Source of the DNA: Isurus oxyrinchus
Lineage: Eukaryota
NCBI GenBank assembly: GCA_026770705.1
Contig: JANJGN010000301.1
Location: 434,001-498,000 of the forward strand
Length of the DNA: 64,000 bases
Direction of reading: 5' to 3'
Shown here: piece by piece, positions 25,554 to 39,311 of the stretch
Position numbering within the stretch: the first letter of the stretch is position 1
How the letters are laid out: the number at the start of each line of letters is the position of its first letter
Notes under the pieces: generated by a model
What the model saw: the letters and a program-made list of their open reading frames with translations, nothing else
Database searches by the model: none
What the model was told of the DNA's origin: nothing
Position numbers and translations under genes: made by a program

Positions 25554-26964
25554 TCAGCGACTATTTAGAACACCGTTAAGTGTTTTCCTGCGCTTTTACG
25601 AGCGGGGACTTTGATCCGTAGAAAGCCAACGGAGAAACATTGGCAGGTTAGTTCCTGAAACAGTTGTATTATTCATTCGGTCCCTGTCCAGGGCAACAGG
25701 GAACCTGTATGGAAATACTGAGATCTAACTCAATGCGTCGAGTTACATTTCCTCAGAAAATAACTAGGAGCTCACCTGGAATATTAAGTTAACCCAGAGG
25801 GATCCAAGGACTCTCAATCTCTCTCTCTCCCTCGTGCCTGTAACAAAGCGCAGAATGTGCCAAAGTCTAGGACTGGACTTTTCTATGATCCTTACGACGA
25901 AGTGACACATTGTGTCTCAAAGGAACAGAAATAGCGTCTGTCACTTCAGCTCGCTAACATTCTGAGCACTTCGCTATGCTAAATTGGGCCATGCCTTGAT
26001 CCTATCCCGATCGCTGGTACTTCTCGTCAGGTGCTGCACCATTCTGTCCGGATATTGTCTGATCCATTCTGCCACAATGGTAAAGAAGGCCAATGATGCA
26101 ATGTCTCCTTCTGCAACAACTGCTGACTGTCATACTCCATTACTGCCAGTTGCATTAGATATAATGTCACATAATTAGTAAAATATAACGTAATGCCATA
26201 TAACACACAAAAATAAAAAAAACAAAATAACAAAATACCAGATGATGGAATACTGGAAAATGCAATCCAACAGAATATAGCATAATTATATTTCTATATA
26301 TGTACACACACACACTTATATATTTCGAAACCTGGCAAATGGTGAAACTGAACAAGGTCAGTTAGAGAGGGATGGGCAATAAATGGTGGCCCAGCCAGCG
26401 AAGCCTACATCCCAAAAAGGAATAATATACATTATACTGTACTATATAATATATAATATAATATTGTAATATTCTATTATACTATATATATTACTATATA
26501 TATATATATATATATATTATAGTCATATAATGTGCCGCACTCACGTGCAAAATAGAATGCGAAATCCAGAGAGGCCACCAATAAAATGACGCTGAGCTTC
26601 ATGTCGTGTCGTATCAACTTGGGTAAATTAACTGTCGGTAGGTCCAGGTCAGGGTAGCTGCTTCTGCAGAAGTCAGTGCTGTTGTGTATCAATCTTAACG
26701 AACACCAGAACACTGTGCCCGCTAGAAACAGGCTTCTGGGACTCCACCTCACAGAGTGAACTGTGAGGAAGTTTCTTGCTCAGATTTGGTGGAAGGTGGG
26801 AGGAGCGTTCGGTTCGTGATCCTGAATCAGACCGAATAATGGAAACGGAGAGAACACAAATAGTGAACGATGATCTCCGAGATCCTCTCAAAGGTGATCA
26901 CTTAAACCAGGCCAGTAGGTGGCGCTGCCGGTTCGCTGCGTCTGCCGCAGGCCATATTACTCCA

Positions 26965-28158
26965 AAGCAAAAACAGAATGACCTGGAAAAACTCAGCAGG
27001 TCTGGCAGCATCGGCGGAGAAGAAAAGAGTTGACGTTTCGAGTCCTCATGACCCTTCGACAGAACTTGATTTCGAGTCCAAGAAAGAGTTGAAATATAAG
27101 CTGGTTTAAGGTGTGTGTGTGGGGGGCGGAGAGATAGAGAGAGAGAGAGGTGGTTGTGTAGACAAACAAGCAGTGATAGAAGCAAATCATCAAAAGATGT
27201 CAGCGACAATGGTACAAAAGAACACATAGGTGTTAAAGTTAAAGTTGGTGATATTATCTAAACGAATGTGCTAATTAAGAATGGATGGTAGGGCACTCAA
27301 TGTACAGCTCTAGTGGGGGTGGGGGGAGCATAAAAGATTTTAAAATGTTTAAAAATAATGGAAATAGGTGGGAAAAGAAAAATCTATATAATTTATAGGG
27401 AAAAAAAAGGAAAAAGGGGGAAACAGAAAGGGGGTGGGGATGGGGGAGGGAGCTCACGACCTAAAGTTGTTGAACTCAATATTCAGACTGGAAGGCTGTA
27501 AGGTGCCTAGTCGTAAGATGAGGTGTTGTTCCTCCAGTTTGCGTTGGGCTTCACTGGAACAATGCAGCAAGCCAAGGACAGACATGTGGGCAAGAGAGCA
27601 GGGTGGAGTGTTAAAATGGCAAGCGACAGGGAGGTTTGGGTCATTCTTGCGGACAGAACGCAGGTGTTCTGCAAAGCGGTCGCCCAGTTTACGTTTGGTC
27701 TCTCCAATGTAGAGGAGACCACATTGGGAGCAACGAATGCAGTAGACTAAGTTGGGGGAAATGCAAGTGAAATGCTGCTTCACTTGAAAGGAGTGTTTGG
27801 GCCCTTGGACGGTGAGGAGAGAAGAAGTGAAGGGGCAGGTGTTACATCTTTTGCATGGGCATGGGGTGGTGCCATAGGAGGGGGTTGAGGAGTAGGGGGT
27901 GATGGAGGAGTGGACCAGGGTGTCCCGGAGGGAGCGATCCCTACGGAATGCCGATAAGGGGGGTGAAGGGAAGATGTGTTTGGTGGTGGCATCATGCTGG
28001 AGTTGGCCGAAATGGCGGAGGATGATCCTTTGAATGCGGAGGCTGGTGGGGTGATAAGTGAGGACAAAGGGGACCCTATCATGTTTCTGGGAGGGAGGAG
28101 AAGGCGTGAGGGCGGATGCGCGGAAGATGGGCCGGACACGGTTGAGGGCCCTGTCAAT
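26965..28158 (-). mobile_element. Penelope-like retroelement, 5'-truncated, with GIY-YIG endonuclease
   Basis: ORF 27454-27783(-) NLVYCIRCSQCGLLYIGETKRKLGDRFAEH...E...L.TL.P..LN; hammerhead-like core (ctgtcga...gaaac) near 27030-27065. Confidence 0.92.
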
Positions 28159-28869
28159 GACTGGTATTTGCTTTCATTTAAATTCATGAAAAAAATATAT
28201 TTTTCAGCCCTTCGATTTGAATTCTTAATAATCTATCTTCGCTCATGCTAATAATTTCATACTTTACTTGATTACAAATAAGCTAGCTACTCAAGCTGAC
28301 AATTTGGAATTCAATACATTTGCCATTAGGAATTACAATTCGGATTGAGTTGGGATATTTCTGTCATCCAACATCTGCTTTCACCCGCACACATCAATCC
28401 GAGCTCAATGGTGAAGGTATTTGCAGTTAAATAATAACATTGGAGTTCATTTCACGAACCTAAGGCTAACATGGTTCTCATAGAGAGCTGGAGTTATATC
28501 ATTTTCAATGGGCATCCTATTATTGAAGCAACGTCCTCATGTCGGTTTTATCCATGTGCTGTACAGGTAAAGGCTGAAATTAAACATATATATCCTTTTG
28601 GCCCTGCCAATGTCAACATATCATGAAAGGGTATCCCTTTTTGCCAGTAGCCAAGGTGTTCTCGACTGCATTCCCTGAAATTTGGAGCCCCCTAGACTCT
28701 CGGATCCCTTTTACATTCATCTGCAGTTATTATAGCAACACCAACAGGTCTGTATGTTCTCTATTCTACCTTGTTAGTGTTCAATATTTAAGGCAATTTA
28801 ACATTTTGTTTTAGCTGCTTTAATTGTTTGTATTCCACCCACCATCCCCTTCGACAACCGCTGCCACCC

Positions 28870-28920
28870 CCTCCTCCCACCTCCCCCCCACCCCCCCCCC
28901 CCCCCCCCCCCCCCCTCCCG
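28870..28920. repeat. Poly-C tract
   Basis: Direct reading. Confidence 0.9.
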
Positions 28921-28994
28921 CACCCTGAAGCCCCCAACCCTTGGCTGTGTTAATCCGTTTACCGGCAGTGATAACGCTGACATCTCCCTGGAAT

Positions 28995-29730
28995 TCATAG
29001 AATCACAGAATCACACAGAGCGGAAGAGGCCCTTCGGCCCACCGAGCCTGCACCAACATGTGAGAAACACCTGACCTACCTACCTAATCCCATTTACCAG
29101 CACTTGGCCCATAGCCTTGAATATTATGACGTTCCAAGTGCTCATCCAGGAACTTAGAACCATAGAACCATAGAAAAGTTACAGCACAGATGGAGATCAT
29201 TTGGCCCACCTTGTACATGCCACCCGAGTGCACTCAGGTGCCCTTTCTAATCTCACCTTCCTGCACCCGGCACATAGCCCTGCAGCTTATGGCAATTTAG
29301 GTGCAGATCCAGGTACTTTTTAAAAGACGTTAAAGTTTTTGCCACTACCACCAACCTAGGCAGCGAATTCCAGACACCAACTACCCTTGTTAAAGGATGT
29401 GAAGCAACACGTCTCCACCACCCTCCCAGGCAGTGCATTCCAGAGCGTCACCACCCTCTGAGTAAAAATGTTTTCCACACATCCCCCCTAAACCTCCTGC
29501 CCCTCACCTTGAACTTATATCCCGTTGTGACTGACCTTCAACTGAGGGGAACGGCTGCTCCCTATCCACCATGTCCATGCCCCTCATAATCCTGCACACT
29601 TCGATCAGGTCGCCCCTCAGTCTTCTCTGCTCCAACAAAAACAACACAAGGCTATACAACCTCTCTTCGTAACTTAAATGTTTCATCCCAGGCAACATCC
29701 TGGTGAATCTCGTCTGCACCCTCTCCAGTT
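28995..29730 (-). mobile_element. Nested CR1 LINE 3' fragments
   Basis: LERVQTRFTRMLPGMKHLSYEERL...RRLRGDLIEV; two 3' tails (~28995 and ~29155). Confidence 0.85.
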
Positions 29731-31654
29731 CGGTGGGCCCAAGTGCCTTAACAGGTGAACTTTCTGCCTCACTACTCAGTCCATTCACCTTCCACTAGAA
29801 AAGTAGGTCTGGATCCACTTTCTCCGGGCAGCTTTCAACACAGCCGCAGTGGGTGAAGTTTGGTTTCAGGCAGATTACGAGGACCTGACTGCGGCACCAA
29901 AGTGAATTGTCACAAACACTTTTGACGTTTGCAAACTGGAACCAGCTCGAATATCAGACGTGTCGGTGAGAAACATATCAGCCACCTGATTAGATGCCGG
30001 AGAACAGACAAATAGGATACTGCCGTGTTTATCAACCTCTGGAAAATTAAAGCGTCAAAAAGTGAATCAATCAACGATAAAAAAAGTTTTTCCAGACAAC
30101 TGATCTTGCTGGAATTTCGGAAACAATGTGCAGAAAACGATGTATGGGGAAAAGGCAGTGATTCTGGCTTAGCTGCCATCACAGAAGGCCAGCACGGATA
30201 AGATGGAACGAATGGCCTTCCTCTGTGCCGTAGCCACTCCATGATTTTATGATTCTAACCACTGTCATGAAATATAATGAATCCAATTGGGACATTCACT
30301 TTTTTCTCCTCATGTGATTATTCTGGCTTAAGGAGACTGGGTTACAAAGTGAAGCTTTTGAAAGTTTTGCATGCTTGCCATGCATTAAGACAGGTCCATG
30401 GTGAGGGCCGGATACCCCGAGTTTTATTCTCAATGTATTTTCAATGTACATTAGTCACAGTCAACAATCTATCTCTGTTTCTATCCCCACAGCATCTCTT
30501 CCTTAATGATCCTCAGAAAGTCATATCGAAGGATTAAAATCTGATGCTAATCACTGGACAAGGCAAATGAGTGAAAGGTGTGGAAGATGGGGAATGGGAT
30601 ATTAAAATATGAAGGAAAGATGCACCTGAGTTGTGATTTCTGAAGATGGCGAAAGTGATATTAAAATATGAAGGAAAGATGTGATGATATGTGATTTCTG
30701 AAGCCATTCGTTGCACCGAGGGTGGGGATCGATGATAAAGGAGCAAAAGACAATTCAAACCCCTTTTATTTTGCTTCTCTCTGCACCACATCTTCTTCTA
30801 ACCTCATTGAGAGTTAGCCAGTTGAAAGGACAGATTGTCATGCACTGTGGGTTGTTAGTTTCTTATTAATGAGTATTCAGCCTGCAGCTCACCCTGGGAG
30901 CTTTGGAACCGCTCGGAGCGTTCTGTTCTCTGTAAATGGCTGCAGAGAGTCAATGTGGCACAATCTCTTATCTCTCTTATTTACAAATACGAAACCTGAA
31001 GGTTATGTATTTTTAAATATAACCTTACTTGCACAAAGATGGGAAGAATCCACCACTGAGTTTCAAACAAAACTTTAAATAAACTACAACAGAGATCAGT
31101 GCTCGAAATGTTGTTTAAATTAAAGAGCTGTTGTTTTTATTCATTTAGGCGATGTGGGATTTGTTGGCTGTGTCAGCATTCATTGCCCATCCCTAGTTGC
31201 CCTTGAGAAGGTGGTGGTGAAGTGCCTTCTTCAACAGCTGCAGCCCATGTGGTGTTGGTACACCCACAGTGCTGTTATGAAAGGAATTCCAGGATTTTGA
31301 CCCAGCGACAGTGAAGGACCGGCAATATATTTCGAAGTCAGGATGGTGAATGACTCGGAGGGGAACTTCAGTTAGGCGGTGTTCCCATCTATATGCTGCC
31401 CTTGTCATTCTAGATGGTAGTAGTCGTGGTTTTGGAAGTTGCTGTCGAAGGAACCTTGATGAGTTCCTCTAGGTTTGTTTCTCTAGGTTTGTTCAATTAC
31501 TTGTTCAGTAACAACAGATATCATCGTTATAATATCACGGATCTCAAAATCACTGAGACAAATCACAGAATCGGTCTTAGCTCAATAGTTAACCGATGCT
31601 TGAGGGAAACCTCATCAAAGTCACTGTTCCAACTCTCCTCATGGTGTGATCTGA

Positions 31655-32148
31655 AAGGGTCCAGAGGAGGTTCACGAGAATGATCCCAGGAATGGAAGGC
31701 TTAACATATGGGGAAAGTTTGAGGACTCTGCTTCTATGCTCGATGGAGTTTAGAAAGATGATCTGATTGAAACTTACAGAATACTGAAAGGCCTGGATAG
31801 AGTCGACGTGGGGAAGATGTTTCCATTAGTAGGAGAGACTAGGACCCGAGGGCACAGCCTCAGAGTAAAGGGAAGACCTATTAGAACAGAGATGAAGAGA
31901 AACTTCTTTAGCCAGAGAGTGGTGAGTCTATGGAATTCATTGCCACAGATGGCTGTGGAGTCCAAGTCATTGAGTGTATTTAAGACCGAGCTAGATAGGT
32001 TCTTGATTGGTAAGGGCATCAAAGATTACGGGGAGAAGGCGGGAGAATGGGGTTGAGAAACCTATCAGCTATGATTGAAAGACGGAGCAGACTCGATGGG
32101 CCGAATGGCCTAATTTCTGCTCCTGTGTCTTATGGTCTTTTGGTCTTA
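31655..32148 (+). mobile_element. CR1 LINE 3' fragment with repeat tail
   Basis: FPLVGETRTRGHSLRVKGRPIRTEMKRNFFSQRVVSLWNSLP; tail tatggtcttttggtcttatg. Confidence 0.92.
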
Positions 32149-32507
32149 TGTTTCCTTGATAAAATGATCAGCCACTGTTTCGCCTGTATCTAAAACTGAA
32201 CCATTCACCCTATAAGGACAGTAAATATCGCCCAGCTCTGGGCGTTTAAATTCACTGACAGGCAGAGCACCACCCTCGGGCTCTAAAGCTGAGCCATTCC
32301 TCCTGTAATGACACTGGCCGTAGCCCAGCTCTGGGTGTTTGCATTCACTGAGGACCAGCTTACCACCTATCACTCTCACAGCACCACTGGGTACAGAAGG
32401 AAGTGAGGTGAGTACATCCTGAGACACGAAAGCAGATTATTGAGGGTGGGGTTTAGAACGGGTATCTTCAAATATCTAACTTCCCTTTTACAGAGTGGAC
32501 AGCGACA

Positions 32508-32995
32508 ATGCGGCTACTCAGCATCTGCGTTGTGTGGGGAGCATTTCCGATAGGTAATTTTCGACAACGCACATTTCATCTTTATTTTTCTCATTTCCCA
32601 CACATCTTTAAACTGGTCTGATATTTTTTTCTGTTTCAGTATGTTTTTCAGATCTAATTAATGGCAATTCTGTAAGAGTCACTGTCCTCAGATGTTAAGA
32701 CAGAAGGAGAAGCGGGGACTTTAAGCTGCAGCTATCATACGACACAAAGCAGCTATTGACTATACTGGTACAGGCAACATCTAGGCGCCCAGCTCCAGAT
32801 TCTATTGCTGAAATCAACGAGCGGTTATGAAGAAAAAACAGATTTTGCCCAAATCCTTTTCTCAGTCGATCTCCAGACCTCCACCAAATTCACTAGTTTA
32901 ACCATCTCTGGTCTGCAGTTGACTGACGCTGTCGTGTATTGCTGCTCTCTGAGACTCAGAGAAATGGAAAACAGTCTCACACCTGTGCACAAACT
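32508..32995 (+). pseudogene. TCR V pseudogene (family A)
   Basis: Leader MRLLSICVVWGAFPI then gtaatt; frameshift and stop; WYRQH...SLTISGLQLTDAVVYCCSLR; RSS cagagaa(32957)-23-gcacaaact. Confidence 0.9.
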
Positions 32996-34702
32996 GTCTT
33001 TGAACTGTGACTCGGAGCTCCTGTCTATTTGGGTTTATGTGTAGAAACTTGGGCAGATGCAGCCACAATGTTAGTGGTGCTGTCAGCCGCTGAAGTACAA
33101 ACCGAGAGGGAACCACATTCATCTCGGATCAATCTGTAACCCAACAGTTTCCAGCAGCGACAGAGAGAACAAACTGCAAATTAAGGATTCCCGCTGAGCA
33201 ACAGAATCTCCATCGCTTATAGAAAGCAGAAATTAGCCACTAAAAGTTCAACTGAACTGAACTAACGGTGACATTTCGCAAACAATGCTACAAAAATGAT
33301 ACAAAAACAACACAGAAAATGACACCTTACTTAATGTTTCGGTGTTTACACTTCCAACGAGCCTATCCCTCTTTATCTCACTCTCACAGCATATCCTTCT
33401 ATTACATTCACCCTCCTTGTCCCTTAAATGCAACAGTTCGTCTAAGTCCTTGTTGGTGATAGCAATTTACATCTTCCGTCCCATCTCTGGATAAATAAAT
33501 TTCTCCTGAGCTCTATGTCGGATCTTTTGGTCACTCGTAAATATATCCCACAGTTTTGCATTAAGTACAAATGGAAACATCTCCATGTCTACCCCTTGAA
33601 ATTCCATCATCATCAAAAGAACTCTGTTTGGTTACCCATCTGTCTTCTCTTTAATATAGGAAAGAAGGCCAGTCTGTGCAGTGTTTTCTTTACCTCTCAA
33701 ATCTGGCATCATCACTGTAATGCCTTGTTGCATTTCGTCCATGCCTCTTTATATTCCTCCTGTAAGGAAGAGGCCAGAATTGCTCTCAATAACTTAAGTG
33801 TGATCTAAGCAAGACCTGCTGCATTTTTAACATGAACTGCCTTATTTTTAAATTCTTTCCTCCGAAAATTAAACCTTTTTAAACTTCTTACAGACAGTGA
33901 ATGTCACCCACATCACAGCGAGATCAGAGACTCGCATTGCCGCTGCTCCGGGAATTCAATGGACTTTTTTTTGTTTCTCAGAACCTGCATGAGTATCGAA
34001 CAAGAATAATCTGACAGCTTTTGCTGAGGCTGGTCTGATGTCATTTCCTGCAGACCTTACGATAAGAGAATCTGAGATCACTGGATCTGATTGGCCTGAT
34101 GTCATTTCCGTAACCACATGGTGAACGTCTTTCTTACAGAGAGCTGAGGCATTAACGTCGCATTCTGCTGATCAGAGAGAAAGACGGGTAAGTATACACA
34201 GCTTGATCCCTAATTGACCTGAGAGGCAATGTGAACTTTTATGAACCGGCATGAAGGTCTTCTCAAATAAAGAAATAGAGGGGTGAATGTAGATGCAGAT
34301 TTTCAGTCATTTCACTCATTATCACAAATTAGACTGAGCTTGTTGACTGTAATGAAGTCGGATTTGATTAACATTCTACTGCGTTCACAAAACAAGTAGA
34401 TCTTAACTTGTAATTCTGTGTTAGTGGCACACTAAGGCGAGCGTGAAAATACACGGGCAATGAATAGGACAAACCTCCTATGGATCAGAGATTAACAAGC
34501 CGGGTTACCAAAAAGACCTGCGTAGGGTTTCTCCTGCTGAATTGTAGAGTGAATAAATTCTGTAATCAGACTCACCTACTCAGAGTTGATGGGAGTTGTA
34601 TTGTGTCCACATTGTCTGTTCGCTTTACTTGGAGAAGAACTGGCATTCCATGTATATCGCCACATAGTCCGCTACGTAATTCACTGTGTCACATTCCGGC
34701 AG

Positions 34703-35242
34703 ACTTTTTGTACGAGTCTCCCTCTGGTTCCTGTCACTGTGTCTCCCAGCCCGCAGTAATACACCGAGCTGTCAGACAGCCGCAGGTCACGAATGGTGAA
34801 ATTCCCCTCACTTTTCGAAGTGTCGAGAGATGCCGAAAATCGAGCCTCCACGCCCTCTGCTCTGAAGATAGTTCCGTATTTCGGGATGAAAATCAAGAAT
34901 ATGGGGGCTTTACCCCGGTCCTGACGGTACAACTGTAAGGAATATGTACCAGCAGTGGTGGAATAGCTGTAGTGAATGGTCACTGAGTCTCCTCCAAATT
35001 CCATCGCTATATCTGGACCCTGTGAGACCGAGTCTGCACCACTACCACCTGCAGAAATTAAAAAAATAAAGATTCTATTACTTTAGACCAGCTTATTATA
35101 TTGAATGAGGGAATACATTCTAAATCGAAATAAAGCCGAATTAAAAGAATGATGCCTGCAAGAGGAAGATAGTGTAACGTGCGGACTTACCGGGTAGGAG
35201 AGCTGCAGCTGTGAGAAATGAATAAAAGATTAAACCCAACAT
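34703..35242 (-). CDS. TCR V segment, open frame but first Cys>Tyr and conserved Trp>Leu (ORF or incipient pseudogene)
   Basis: Leader 35242-35191 MLGLIFYSFLTAAALLP then gtaagt; V exon 35048-34742 DSVSQGP...VTIH(Y)SY...LQ(L)YRQDRGKAP...LSDSSVYYCGLGD; RSS cacagtg(34741-34735)-23-acaaaaagt. Confidence 0.92.
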
Positions 35243-37559
35243 ATTTCCAGCGAGCTGATGGCAGATGGAAACAGAACGGGTTGAATCTGTCAATGTTTCA
35301 GTGAAGGGTTGGGAAAATTTTCATTTGTATCCAGTCTCTTCAGCCATTGGTTAATTTCTGAAAGTCTCAACAAGTGACGTCCAATCAGCCCCACGATATT
35401 TTGTTCTACAATTTATTGCGTCAGAACGTGATGCAGCATATCAGTGAAGTTGTTGTTCCTTCCAAAGGGACTGAGCCGAGGATTCAACTGAATGTTCGGT
35501 CTCCAGCAGAGTCAGTGTGTGACGTGGTGGCAGTGAAGGGGAATAGTTAATGTTGTCCTTCACTGTTAGAGAACAGGTTGTTTTTTGTTTTGTCTTTGTC
35601 CAAAACAGCTAAGAACCGGTCGAGGAAATCTGGACGCTTAACTCCTTGTCCCTTGCCGAATCTCTTCAGTAAACATCGCGGAGCTTCCCCGGGATACTGG
35701 ATGGAACGGAAGAGATAGGAATAGCTACAGGACGAGGAATATCTGCAGTTAATATCAGGGTCTGCCCTTCTTGAACCGGAGATTTAGGCGGTTACTTAGG
35801 CATTTAATCTTGGTCACTCGTTCCTGTAACAAAAACACAAAATGTGTCAGAATTCTGCGAGTAAATATAACCTGTGGAACACAAAAAGGTCATTTCAACA
35901 TCGGCTCACCAGGGACCACGACTATTCTTATCAGCAAGAGATACGGGGAACACTTGATGTCTGTTTAAACAATGCTAGAGAATAACAGATTGTTTAAATA
36001 TGTTGACTCTTCTGATCTCATATCAAAGAGTAAATTCAGAGAAGGCGTTTATTCCGCTCATTCTAAGAATGCAGACCTTTTCTTTGTCATAGGATTGGCT
36101 CGTCTCTCAGAGCTGGCTACAAACGTACACCAACAGCTGCTAGTTGCTAGCGAATTATTGAGGTCTCCAATCCAATCAGTTCCTTGTCCAGCTGTGTGAG
36201 TGAGACTCTCTGACTGTCTGTTTGCCTCTCGCTCTCTCTGTCTCTATCGATGCTTCGACATCAATCCATCTCCTTAACTGTGCCTCCATCTCTCTTTGAC
36301 TTTATGTTTGCAGCTCCCTCTCTCTCTCCCCTTCCTTCCGTTCTCCCCCCCCCTCACCCCCACCCCCGCCCACCACATCTCTCTCTTTCTCTCTGACACT
36401 CACTCTCTATGTCTACCTCTCACCCGTTTTCTCTCTCACTCCCTCTCTCTGTCTTTCTGGTGTGCTATCACTCACTTCACCTGGCCAGCTATCTTTCTCC
36501 CTCCTTCTCTCTCTCGGTACATTTCTTTCAATGTTTCTCCTTTCACCCCTGTCTCACACTGCCTGTTTAACACAGTTTTTATTCCCTCTCTTTCTATATC
36601 TGCCCCAACCCCCTTGGTGACATGTGAAGCGGAAAATAATGGAAGTCCCTGTCCACACTGCCACAGCGAATGAGCTCCATTACCAACCGAGGGTAAGAGA
36701 TGAGGGACACGATTAAATGAAAGTGACTGTGTAATGATGAGATATCTCTAAAACATTATCTGAATTCTCTACACCAGACTCAAAAATTGACTCGTGCAGA
36801 AGTTGACTCTGATATTCATTCAGAAATCGACAGGTTTCTGCCAACACTGTGGATTGAAATGTCTGAATTTGACCTTAACTTAAAATGATTAAGAAATTTC
36901 ACTTTCCCTAAGACTGAAAGTAATGATTTCAGCTGGAGAATCCTGGTCGGATCAGGATGTATTTTCTCCTTTACTTTTTATGTAATTTCCCGGGCATTCT
37001 TCTGATCCCACTTCTGGTTTTGGCTGGGACACTGAATCCCCATTACCCACCTCAGATAATAAACAGGATGGGTTTGGCGAAGCAACACCGGGGGTAGAGT
37101 TGTGAAATTATATACAGATGGGGGAATATTGTAGCAAGGTCGCAATGTCCCTGACCAGTGATGAGGACTTTGACTAAAGCCAGGCAAAGTTTCATCTCCA
37201 TGGTTCCAGTCTGAACTCCAGAATCAGAAATTTTGATCACTGGGAATAGAAACTAAAACGTCGCGGAGATCCGAGCGCATCAGCGGGGATGTCTCCTCCA
37301 TTTGTATCTCTCTGAACAAGCACTTCCTATCATGATCAAGTGATCAGAGAGCGCCCTCTCCTGGACAGCACAAGCTTCACCTGGGAATCCACACAGATGC
37401 AGACAAATAAACACACATTTATAGTCAAGTGTACACAGCCAGATAGCCACAGTAAATCACTATACAAGAGGTTGTCACTTTTCCATATTAGTCAAATTGC
37501 AGAAACCACTGAAGCGCAATTTGCCTCACATAATCACTTGAGGCCCATTCGTCATTTTT

Positions 37560-38842
37560 TGATCCAGAGTAATCCAGAGACCCAGGATGATGCCCTTGGG
37601 AACCTGGTTCGAATCCCACCACGGCAGATGGTGGAATTTTAATTCAATAAAAATCTGGAATTAAAACTCTGATAATGACAGTGAAACCGTTATTGATTTT
37701 TGTAAAAACCCATCTGGTTCACTAATGCTCTTTCGGGAAGGAAATGCATCGTTCTTACCTGCTCTGGCCTGCATGTGACTCCAGACCCACATCGATGTGG
37801 TTGACTCAAATGTCCTCTGAAATGGCCGAACAAGCCATTCAGTTGTAAACAAGGTCACAAAGTCACAAAAAAAGGAATGAAACTGGACGAGCCACCCGGC
37901 ATCGACCTAGGTACCAGAAACGACAGCACAATCTCAGTCCTGCCGACCCTGAAAACTCCTCCTTATGGACAGCTGGGGGCTCCTGCCAAAATTGAGAGAG
38001 CTGTCTTGTGGTCTTGTCAAGCATCCGCCTGACATAGGCTGATAATCCTCACAGAATCGTACCTAACAGATAATGTCCCAGGCACCAAAACCACCTACAG
38101 GGCAGGCCCAGCAAGGTGGCGGCACAGTTGTATACAGTAAAGAGTCGTGCTGGGAGCCCTTAACATCGACTCCGAGCCCCATGAAGTCTCGTGGCCACAG
38201 GCCAAACATGTGCAAGGGAACGTCCTGCTGGTTACCACGTACCTCCCTCCATCAGCTGATGAATCAGTGCTCCTTCATGGTGAACATCATTTGGAGGAAA
38301 CACTGAGGGCAGAAAGGGCACAGAGTTTACTCTGGGCGAGTTACTTCAATGTCCATCACCAAGACTGTCTTGGTAGCATCACTACTGACTGAGCTGGCCA
38401 AGTCCTAAATGACGCAGCTACTAGACTGGGTCTGCGGCAGGTGGTGAGGGAGCCAAAAAGAGGGGAAAACAGACTTGACCTCATCCTCCTCAACCTGCCT
38501 GGCGCAGATGCATCTGTCCATGACAGTATTGATAAAAGTGACCACCTCACAGTCATTGTGGAGACGAAGACCCACCTTCACATTGAAAATACCCTCCATC
38601 GTGTTATGTGGCACTATCACCACGTGCTAAATGGGATAGATTGCAAACAGATCTAGCAACTCAAGACAGAGCATTCATGAGGCTCTATGGGCTATCAGCA
38701 GCAGCAGAATTGTACTCGAACACAATTTGTAACATCATGGCCCGACATATCCACCAGTCTGCCATTACCATTAAGGCAGGGGATCAACCCTGGTTCAACG
38801 AAAATTGCAGGAGGGCATGCCAGGAGCAGCACCAGGCTGCTA
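37560..38842 (+). mobile_element. Non-LTR retrotransposon 5' portion: tRNA-like head plus decayed AP endonuclease
   Basis: B-box ggttcgaatcc at ~37606; ILTESYL, TTYLPPS, FNVHHQ, LDLIL and SDH motifs; ends at a (GATA)n tract. Confidence 0.8.
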
Positions 38843-38989
38843 TAGATAGATAGGACCAGGCTGCTATAGATAGATAGATAGTAAGATAGAAAGATAGATA
38901 GATAGATCAGTTTATATTGCCAAAATCCGCAGGCACTTAATTTAATTCTGCTTTCAAATATCATGAAGTTGATTTTATTGTTGTTTTGG

Positions 38990-39236
38990 CAGCTGCTTCT
39001 TGTCACTCGGAGAGATTTCAGATATCGACATATCGGAGAACTTGCAGACCAGAAATTTGACTCTTGTACTGACATTTCTCCAATCAAGTTCCCGAGTGTC
39101 TTACCTTCACATACAGGGATGAAAGAGTTGAGGGAGATTTAACGTATCTGAGGACCGTGAGAAAGGCTCCACCACTCTCACTGTTAACACTGTTCAGCTG
39201 TCAAACTCTGTAGTGTGTTACACTGCACACAGATAC
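38990..39236 (+). pseudogene. Degenerate TCR V remnant (family E)
   Basis: Nucleotide paralogue of 17872-18150 (tgtcactcggaga...ctccaccactctcactgttaaca). Confidence 0.7.
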
Positions 39237-39261
39237 ACATACACAACAGATAAAAACACAC

Positions 39262-39308
<47 letters not shown>
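39262..39308. repeat. (CA)n microsatellite
   Basis: Direct reading. Confidence 0.95.

Positions 39309-39311
<3 letters not shown>

Noticed and set aside
36845-37205. Possible V remnant on minus strand (leader-like MEMKLCLALVKVLIT; cacagtg at 36845-36851)
   Set aside because: No convincing Ig framework and no correctly spaced nonamer.
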